The notes under the pieces: generated by a model
Told to the model about the DNA's origin: nothing
Database searches by the model: none
What the model saw: the letters and a program-made list of their open reading frames with translations, nothing else
Position numbers and translations under genes: made by a program
In this document: positions 6,660 through 12,210 of the stretch, one piece after another
How positions within the stretch are numbered: the stretch's first letter is position 1
How the letters are laid out: every line of letters begins with the position of its first letter
Assembly: GCA_045649935.1 (NCBI GenBank)
Contig: JAZRQQ010000120.1
Span: forward strand, 1 to 24,000
Direction of reading: 5' to 3'
DNA from: Acutalibacteraceae bacterium
Lineage (GTDB): Bacteria; Bacillota; Clostridia; Oscillospirales; Acutalibacteraceae
DNA: 24,000 bases

Positions 6660-7059
6660 GAGCGAACAGAGAGAAAATGCCCTTTTTCACCTGTTCAATA
6701 AGCACTAATCCGGACACGATAAAAAGAGAGCATAAAAGAGGGCGTGAAAGCCCTTTAAACGGCTCTTAACAGTATTAAGTTTAGGACATATATGCCCTCA
6801 TAAAGTATCAAAAACAACCTGACAAAACCTGACATCTCTCACGCGTGCGCGCGCGAGGAAAGCGGATTGAACTCCGAGAAAACATCAAAGCGAACCGAGA
6901 ACGAAGCGAGAGAAAATTGCAAATAAGTTCATTATAAAAACATTCAAAAGGTCTATGAGGGCAATTTTGACAAAGAAAAGAGCAAACAAATGCTCCTTGT
7001 CTGCTCTTATATGTCCTGTGGTTGGTTAATATGGTGTTTTTCGCTTTGGTCGGTGATCT
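6660..7059. other. 400-bp non-coding centre of the element (candidate origin / cis-acting region)
   Basis: No ORF in the track. Tandem AACCTGACA at 6816-6824 and 6826-6834. Alternating tract cacgcgtgcgcgcgcg at 6840-6855. Direct repeats GAGAGAAAAT at 6669 and 6908. Inverted repeats AGGACATATA 6783-6792 / TATATGTCCT 7008-7017 and GCCCTCAT 6794 / ATGAGGGC 6955. Confidence 0.35.
6971..7008 (-). terminator. Terminator of the 7060-7413 gene
   Basis: On the minus strand: AAGAGCAGACAA-ggagca-TTGTTTGCTCTT, a 12-bp stem with one G-U pair, followed by ttctttg. Confidence 0.6.
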
Positions 7060-7413
7060 TTATTTAGCTGCTGATTCTTTCAAAATTTCATTAAGTCTCA
7101 GCTGTTCTTCAGGCTTCAAATCTCCGATACACTCAATATGTTCTCTGAGCCACTGTTTTATCTTCTCAATAACTGCCGGTACATCTTCTCCTCTGCTCTC
7201 GTAGCCCTCAGGACCTTCAATTCGGCTCATAAGAGATAAATATTGCCATTTAAAGTCTGACATCATTTTTATATTCAAAAGCGGTACAGCACCAGGATAA
7301 TCTTTCTCCACTCTTGCACCCTTATCACACGCATTTGGTGAAACATAGCCTATGATATCGTATTCTTTGCCGTTAATAGTGTATTTTTCGTTTTTTGCCT
7401 TGTTTTCAGTCAT
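7060..7413 (-). CDS. Hypothetical protein (117 aa)
   Basis: Clean ORF with RBS AAGGAGA upstream of ATG 7413. No family recognised. Confidence 0.6.
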   Translation of the reverse strand: MTENKAKNEKYTINGKEYDIIGYVSPNACDKGARVEKDYPGAVPLLNIKMMSDFKWQYLSLMSRIEGPEGYESRGEDVPAVIEKIKQWLREHIECIGDLKPEEQLRLNEILKESAAK

Positions 7414-7432
7414 TTAATATTATCTCCTTTTC

Positions 7433-7461
7433 TTGACAAAAAAGAGAGGGCATTATATAAT
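7433..7461 (+). promoter_or_regulatory. Perfect consensus sigma-70 promoter, antisense to the 7539-7814 gene
   Basis: TTGACA 7433-7438, 17-nt spacer, TATAAT 7456-7461 on the + strand. It is embedded in the 9-bp inverted repeat AAGAGAGGG 7442-7450 / CCCTCTCTT 7469-7477, which on the minus strand is followed by a T-run (terminator-like). Confidence 0.5.
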
Positions 7462-7538
7462 GAATTTACCCTCTCTTGACAGGGTTTGATTATGCTCTTG
7501 TATTTTGCTTTGGTCGGCGTTGATACAAGGGCTTTTCT

Positions 7539-7814
7539 TTATGCCACGCTGAAACGTCGTGTTTCGGTCTGTTTACTGTACTGTTCATATAAATCTCCGT
7601 GCGTCTTTTTGAAAGCTGTTGAGTCAAAACGGCTGCTTGTAACTGTCTTGTAGCGGATTTTGAAGATATCAACGGTCATTTCTTCTTTGCCCTCAGAGGT
7701 CATATGAGCCTTTAATTCATCCTTAATGGCTTCTGCCTCAGCTGTTGCTTCATCAATGAGGGCTTGCAGTTCCTTAAGCTCTCTGATTTTGGTTGTGAGT
7801 TCGTTTGTTGTCAT
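7539..7814 (-). CDS. Hypothetical coiled-coil protein (91 aa) common in Firmicutes phage/ICE modules
   Basis: RBS AAGGAG 8 nt upstream. N-terminal heptad-like 'ELTTKIRELKELQALIDEATAEAEAIKDELK'. No function known to me. Confidence 0.6.
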   Translation of the reverse strand: MTTNELTTKIRELKELQALIDEATAEAEAIKDELKAHMTSEGKEEMTVDIFKIRYKTVTSSRFDSTAFKKTHGDLYEQYSKQTETRRFSVA

Positions 7815-7990
7815 TGGTTTTATACTCCTTTGCTTTATATTCGGTTAAGTGGTGAGGGGCTTTAAGTTATCTACCGTCACATTGAGGGGTTTCTATCAGG
7901 CTTATCCGTTCTCACTCTTATATTGCACTCTTGGTTCAGCTCTCGCTTACTTCGTCTGCCTTTCCTTAACTCTGTGATTACATTATATAC

Positions 7991-8088
7991 CTTGTACAAG
8001 TATAAATCAATAGACAAGATAAACAAACTTGTACAAGTATATTTGTGCATTTTTATACTTGACCAAGTATTGATGTTTATGCTATAAT
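7991..8088. promoter_or_regulatory. Operator palindromes plus divergent promoters
   Basis: CTTGTACAAGTATA at 7991-8004 and 8028-8041 (core palindrome TTGTACAA), with a related palindrome ATACTTGacCAAGTAT at 8055-8070. The + promoter is TTGACC 8059-8064, 18 nt, tgcTATAAT 8081-8088. On the minus strand, TTGATT-17-TATAAT spans the first palindrome. Confidence 0.55.
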
Positions 8089-8150
8089 GAATACACTGGG
8101 AATAGAATATATTTAAAAATATCCACCAACATTAGAAATGAGGTATAAAA

Positions 8151-8375
8151 ATGGCTGAAAATACAGGAAAAGCAAGCACAAGAGCTAAAAATAAATATAA
8201 TACCGCCAATTATGATAATCTTAGAATTATCGTCCCCAAGGGCAAAAAAGACATCATCAGAGAATACGCCGCAAGAAAAGGTGAAAGTATAAATGGCTTT
8301 GTAAACCGTGCTATCGATGAAGCTATGCAGGATGAGGGCGAAAAAGAAGCAAAATGCCCTCATAGCGCAACATAA
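8151..8375 (+). CDS. Ribbon-helix-helix (CopG/Arc-type) DNA-binding protein
   Basis: 'LRIIVPKGKKDIIREYAARKGESINGFVNRAIDEAM' fits a beta-strand/helix/helix RHH pattern. RBS GAGGT. Confidence 0.65.
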   Translation: MAENTGKASTRAKNKYNTANYDNLRIIVPKGKKDIIREYAARKGESINGFVNRAIDEAMQDEGEKEAKCPHSAT

Positions 8376-8426
8376 AATATCGTAAAGCAACATAAAATAA
8401 TGCAAAGCAACGTAAAATATCGTAAA
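8367..8426 (+). repeat. Three tandem 20-bp repeats (GCAACATAAAATATCGTAAA-like)
   Basis: Units at 8367-8386, 8387-8406 and 8407-8426. Units 1 and 3 differ at 1 position; unit 2 differs at 4. The array starts in the last codons of the RHH gene and ends 25 bp before a strong promoter. Confidence 0.75.
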
Positions 8427-8451
8427 TATACACAAATTTTCACAAAGCGTG

Positions 8452-8479
8452 TTGACATCGTGTAATTTTCGGATATACT
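8452..8479 (+). promoter_or_regulatory. Promoter for the 8684-9289 gene, giving a ~200-nt leader
   Basis: TTGACA 8452-8457, 16 nt, TATACT 8474-8479. The leader contains an 11-bp hairpin TAGGCACTTCG-ttttt-CGGAGTGCCTA (8635-8661) just before RBS GGAG. Confidence 0.55.
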
Positions 8480-8683
8480 AAAAGTGAAGAGAAAGCCACC
8501 GCTAAATCTTCTCAGTGCCAGTGAAACGTTATGCCTTGCCGAGGTGGTATGCGTTGAGGCTCTTATAGGGTTTGTACATTAAGCCTGTTCTCGGCTATGA
8601 CTTAAAGTCAAAAAAATGTACGGTTTTACAAAGAGTAGGCACTTCGTTTTTCGGAGTGCCTATAATGTTATGATGGAGTTAAA

Positions 8684-9289
8684 ATGAAAGATATAAAAGA
8701 ATGTGCAAAGTTATATAAAACACTGCTAAATAAAGATTACATATTTACTCTTGAGCAGGGAATTAAGTTTAAATTATTCTTTAAAATGGGCAATTTTCAC
8801 CATCTGCTTGGTTTAGGGAAATTAAAAGATATCGAAAATCTAAATTTAAAAAGAAACAAAGCGGAGGATATTTATAAGAAGATATTGAAAGGTGACATAA
8901 AGCCCGATCTAATAGAAAAAAGCTCTTTTTATCAATTAATTAAAGACAGAATTGAAAACTTCCAAGGCATAACGGACCTTCTTGACGCCAATAAATGCAA
9001 AATACTTATCGACTTTGATAAGGAGCTTCTTGAATCAACTAATTTAACTAACACAAAATATATACTCTATAAACATAAAAACGATGGCTATCTTCATCTT
9101 ACTTTGGGCGATATTGGCAAAGGAATTTATCCTGAAACATTTTTCTTTGAAAACAGTAAAAGATACATAAGTGAACAGACGTTATTAGACATTATTGATA
9201 TTGAAATTTTAGACAGAAAAAATATAAAGAAAAGAGCTGTTGAAGTTTATAAAGATATACTCCAAAATGAAAGTTCTTCTGTTGGGTAA
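8684..9289 (+). CDS. Putative PBECR-like (Barnase/EndoU/ColicinE5-D/RelE-fold) nuclease; otherwise hypothetical
   Basis: 201 aa and very AT-rich. The motif 'GNFHHLLGLGKL' after a short N-terminal beta-rich segment resembles my memory of PBECR4-type domains; this is unverified. RBS GGAG. The gene is followed by a strong terminator. Confidence 0.35.
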   Translation: MKDIKECAKLYKTLLNKDYIFTLEQGIKFKLFFKMGNFHHLLGLGKLKDIENLNLKRNKAEDIYKKILKGDIKPDLIEKSSFYQLIKDRIENFQGITDLLDANKCKILIDFDKELLESTNLTNTKYILYKHKNDGYLHLTLGDIGKGIYPETFFFENSKRYISEQTLLDIIDIEILDRKNIKKRAVEVYKDILQNESSSVG

Positions 9290-9304
9290 TTATATTTTTA
9301 TTTT

Positions 9305-9336
9305 ATGAGGGCAAATTCGCCCTCATTTTCTTTTTT
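9305..9336 (+). terminator. Rho-independent terminator built from an inverted pair of the island 8-mer
   Basis: ATGAGGGC 9305-9312 / aaattc / GCCCTCAT 9319-9326, followed by tttcttttttat. Confidence 0.85.
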
Positions 9337-9400
9337 ATACCCTCAGTTATATTGGAACGCAAAATTGTAGAATAATAAACAATATAAGGAGATGATACAA

Positions 9401-9583
9401 ATGGCTAAAAAACAAAAATACACGGTAACATTTCACCTTCAAAAGTCTGACGGTGAGATAGTTCCTTTTGAGAAATTGAGCGACGAGGAAAAAGAAGAGG
9501 CTTTTGCAGGTATGAGAAAAAACTTAAGTGAAACGCTGAGCCGTTATTTCGGACTTCATCCGGAAGAATATGAAAAGTTATAA
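9401..9583 (+). CDS. Small acidic hypothetical protein (60 aa)
   Basis: The start is moved to ATG 9401, with RBS AAGGAG 9386-9391. No family recognised. Confidence 0.5.
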   Translation: MAKKQKYTVTFHLQKSDGEIVPFEKLSDEEKEEAFAGMRKNLSETLSRYFGLHPEEYEKL

Positions 9584-9690
9584 AACATCAGCTGCTTGTC
9601 GGCAAAAAATATAATCACAATATTATAACAAAAGACCTCTCTCCCGGACAAAAGGAAAGAGATCCTTTTTTTCATATAAAAACACCTGAA

Positions 9691-9721
9691 TTTTGCACAA
9701 TAAGCGCCAAATAAACGCCAA
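9691..9721. repeat. Right-end arm-type repeats
   Basis: TTTTGCACAA 9691-9700 is the inverted copy of 996-1005. CGCCAAATAAACGCCAA 9705-9721 is a direct copy of 973-989. Confidence 0.6.
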
Positions 9722-9791
9722 ATCACATTTATGAGGGCAAATCATAGAAAAGAGAAAAACCCCTGAAGCCTTATGCTACAAGGGTTTGTGT

Positions 9792-9867
9792 ATGGAGCTG
9801 GAAACGTGACTCGAACACGCGACCTGCGCATTACGAATGCGCTGCTCTACCAACTGAGCTATTCCAG
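9792..9867 (-). tRNA. tRNA-Thr: tRNA-Thr (anticodon CGU), CCA encoded; its 3' 46 nt form attR
   Basis: Hand-folded cloverleaf: acceptor GCTGGAA/TTCCAGC, D arm GCTC/GAGC, anticodon stem GCGCA/TGCGC with loop TTCGTAA, T arm GCGTG/CACGT with loop TTCGAGT, discriminator T, then CCA. Total 76 nt. Confidence 0.93.
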
Positions 9868-9888
9868 CATATTGACTTGTGCTTTGAC

Positions 9889-9918
9889 AATTATACTAAA
9901 AGAGATAGCTTTTATCAA
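9889..9918 (-). promoter_or_regulatory. Candidate tRNA-Thr promoter
   Basis: On the minus strand: TTGATA (9918-9913), 18 nt, TATAAT (9894-9889). The -10 element ends about 21 nt upstream of the tRNA 5' end. Confidence 0.45.
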
Positions 9919-10076
9919 GTCTTTTAATAAAAAAATTAAAAATATATTTCTTCAGAAAATTGGCTTTTCTGAAAGCAAAATACAAATATACGGACTTTCA
10001 CTATGCTATACTTAAGACACAAACGAAACACAGATTAACTGATCATTTCTCTTTTTTCACTCCACACTCATATATG

Positions 10077-10127
10077 TAAAAACAGGAAGCCGTGGGCAGC
10101 ACTCCGCCCGTAAGCTTCCTGTTTTTC
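10077..10127 (-). terminator. Bidirectional hairpin terminator after the helicase-loader gene
   Basis: AACAGGAAGC 10081-10090 / GCTTCCTGTT 10114-10123, extended by flanking A and T runs. It begins 11 nt past the stop at 10138. Confidence 0.7.
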
Positions 10128-10137
10128 ATTTTGTCTT

Positions 10138-11112
10138 TTATTTAAGCTGTCTTATGTCCTTACCGCAGAAGCGTACGGGATAACAGCTTCCCATAATTCT
10201 TGAAGCAATTCTCTGAGTGTATTTCTGCTCGAGCTCATGTATTTCAAGATTAGTGCTGATAATCGTGGGTAATGAACGGAGTATTCTTGTGTTAATAATA
10301 TTGTGAAGCTCACTGATTGTAAACTGTGTCACAAACTCTACGCCTAAGTCATCAATAATAAGAAGGTCACAGCTGAGAACATCATCCTTTATGCTTTCAT
10401 CAGCAGGCAGTCTTCCGAAATGCTCTCTTTCAAGCTTATCCATAATATTCTGAATACTGTCATAATAAACATCGTATCCCTTTTCAAGCACCTTGTTTGC
10501 AATCGCAAGGGAAAGATGAGTCTTACCAAGACCGGTTTTGCCTACCATTATAATACCCTTTGAATTAAGAGAAAAATCTTCTGCATAAGCCTTACAGAAA
10601 TTATATACCTGATCCATATGCTCCTTCTGATTAACCTTAAGCTCTGCATCAGTTATATCGGGATAATACTGAGTTCTGAAATTATCAAAGGTACATTTTT
10701 TTATAGGTGAATTTGAATCAAGATTTTCTCTTGCCACATCACGTATAAGCTTTTTATAACAATGACAGTAGTAGCCGTCGTGAGAGCCTGTATCCTTACA
10801 TACAATACAGTTATACTTTACTTCGAGATAATCCTCAGGCAGACCGACACTTTTAAGCAGTGCTTTTCTTTTATCCTGTGCAGCAAGATTTTTTACAGCA
10901 AGAGAACGGACATATTCGGCAACATCACCGCCAAGACCTACAGCCTTTATCACATCGGCACCGCACTGTGCCATTTCTCTTTCAACCTCAAGAAGCTCGG
11001 GACATTTGACAACAGCTTCACCGTGACGGATTTCAGCCTCCATTTCAGCCTTCTGTCTTCTTTCGTCAAGAATTTCCTTGGCTTTCTGATATACACTTCT
11101 CTTATATGCCAT
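10138..11112 (-). CDS. DnaC/DnaI-like replicative helicase loader (IstB-like AAA+ ATPase)
   Basis: Walker A 'GKTGLGKTHL', Walker B 'LLIIDDLG' and a Cys-rich N-terminal Zn-like motif 'CIVCKDTGSHDGYYCHC'. The start is moved to ATG 11112 (RBS GGTGGTGA), overlapping the upstream gene end. Confidence 0.8.
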   Translation of the reverse strand: MAYKRSVYQKAKEILDERRQKAEMEAEIRHGEAVVKCPELLEVEREMAQCGADVIKAVGLGGDVAEYVRSLAVKNLAAQDKRKALLKSVGLPEDYLEVKYNCIVCKDTGSHDGYYCHCYKKLIRDVARENLDSNSPIKKCTFDNFRTQYYPDITDAELKVNQKEHMDQVYNFCKAYAEDFSLNSKGIIMVGKTGLGKTHLSLAIANKVLEKGYDVYYDSIQNIMDKLEREHFGRLPADESIKDDVLSCDLLIIDDLGVEFVTQFTISELHNIINTRILRSLPTIISTNLEIHELEQKYTQRIASRIMGSCYPVRFCGKDIRQLK

Positions 11113-12151
11113 TATTGTCACCACCGTTTTTCGTATAAGTCAGATTAAAAGCTTTCTGCATATATGCATCAATATCATAGGATGCATCACTCTTTTTCTT
11201 TTCTGTTTCCTTATCCTTGGAAGCATACTTCTTTTCCTTCTCTGCTTCCCATTTTATTCTCTCGTTCTGAATATCACTTACATTCTTTACGCCCTTTTCG
11301 TGCCAGGAACGGATTATTTTATCCATATACGGCATACTCATCTTGCCTGTACGGTCAATGCTTTCTTCATAGGCGTAATAAATAATTTCTTCGTTATAGC
11401 CGTATTCCTTGACCCAGGCCGTCAGATACTTTCTCTGCTTTTCTGTAGGATTGCGGTTAGTGATTTCCGTAAGACTGCGAAGCTTTTCCCATGTCTCGTC
11501 AACAATATTATGCTCTTCGATATATTCCATAGCACCCTCAAGAGTGTCTATTTCAAGCTCACTCCATCTTTTGCCTATGCGGGATATAGCTGTGTAGCTT
11601 GTCTTCTTCTGAGAAACGGCATATTCAATTGCCATAAGAATTACCTCAGTGGGAAGACCGTAGCTGTCGTGCATCATAAGAAGCACCGACTGACCGTCAT
11701 AACCCACAGTCTTTCCCAGAGCCGTCTGTGCCTCCTGGAAGAGAGCAGCAATTTCTTCACTTTCCTTAAGTCTTGCGGCAATCTGATCGTAAGTAGGTCT
11801 TGAGATAGGAATATCTGTGACCTTTTTGGTACGTACCTCCGGCTCAGATGTTTCTTCAGGCTCTTTATTTTTTGCAAAGCTCTCTGCTGTTACGGGAGCC
11901 TTTACCTCACCGTCTTTGAGAAGAATCCCTCTTTCGTTCCAGAAAATCATTGCATCATTCACATCGTCCTTATCAACAGAAAGAGCATCGGAAATCCTTT
12001 CACTGCAAAGGTCTGCTTCACCGTTATGTCTGAGCATATATAAAAGGACCTTCAGCTGAACAACGCTGGCAAGTCTTATATTATCGTCAACCAAAGCATT
12101 GGGAACAGGGAAAATTCCCGTAAATGCCATCGGATTAATTTTATATTCCAT
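11102..12151 (-). CDS. DnaD-domain replication initiation protein (Firmicutes DnaB/DnaD type)
   Basis: Two DnaD-like C-terminal repeats ('PTEVILMAIEYAV...', 'EKQRKYLTAWVKEYGYNEEIIYYAYEESI...YMDKIIRSWHEKGV'). The start is moved to ATG 12151 (RBS AAAGGTG). The gene is coupled to the helicase loader. Confidence 0.75.
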   Translation of the reverse strand: MEYKINPMAFTGIFPVPNALVDDNIRLASVVQLKVLLYMLRHNGEADLCSERISDALSVDKDDVNDAMIFWNERGILLKDGEVKAPVTAESFAKNKEPEETSEPEVRTKKVTDIPISRPTYDQIAARLKESEEIAALFQEAQTALGKTVGYDGQSVLLMMHDSYGLPTEVILMAIEYAVSQKKTSYTAISRIGKRWSELEIDTLEGAMEYIEEHNIVDETWEKLRSLTEITNRNPTEKQRKYLTAWVKEYGYNEEIIYYAYEESIDRTGKMSMPYMDKIIRSWHEKGVKNVSDIQNERIKWEAEKEKKYASKDKETEKKKSDASYDIDAYMQKAFNLTYTKNGGDNNGI

Positions 12152-12210
12152 ATTTTTCACCTTTCGGGCAAAACAGGGCAATCGCCAAAGCCATTGCCCT
12201 TTTCTGATTA

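Larger units (their letters stand above)
804..9837. mobile_element. Integrated ~9.0-kb tRNA-Thr-targeting element (integrative mobilizable element / phage-satellite-like island)
   Basis: Perfect 46-bp direct repeats, with one inside an intact tRNA. The element has a tyrosine integrase plus excisionase-like gene, a divergent repressor switch, an HUH Rep and an antirepressor. Shared arm-type repeats sit near both ends. No structural phage or conjugation genes are present. Confidence 0.9.

Noticed and set aside
6840-6855. Alternating CG tract as a stand-alone Z-DNA or restriction-site feature
   Set aside because: The sequence is real, but I cannot support any specific function on its own. It is folded into the candidate-origin finding.
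8082-8435. 117-aa minus-strand ORF
   Set aside because: It is antisense to the RHH gene, its promoter and the 20-bp repeats. It has hydrophobic low-complexity AT-rich translation and no RBS.
850-9791. Conjugation (T4SS, coupling protein, MOB relaxase) or phage structural/terminase genes in the island
   Set aside because: I looked for them in all track ORFs and found none. The element is therefore not called an ICE or a prophage.
9951-9973. Hairpin TTCAGAAAA-ttggc-TTTTCTGAA upstream of the tRNA promoter
   Set aside because: The stem is perfect but AT-only, and it lacks a convincing U-tract on either strand. There is not enough evidence to call a terminator or operator.
9773-10015. 80-aa + strand ORF
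   Set aside because: It reads straight through the complement of the tRNA-Thr gene and its promoter region, so it is not coding.
11164-12059. Several + strand ORFs (11164-11385, 11300-11803, 11409-11597, 11817-12059) and minus-strand 11674-11877
   Set aside because: They are all shadow frames of the DnaD-domain gene, with no RBS and no recognisable motifs.
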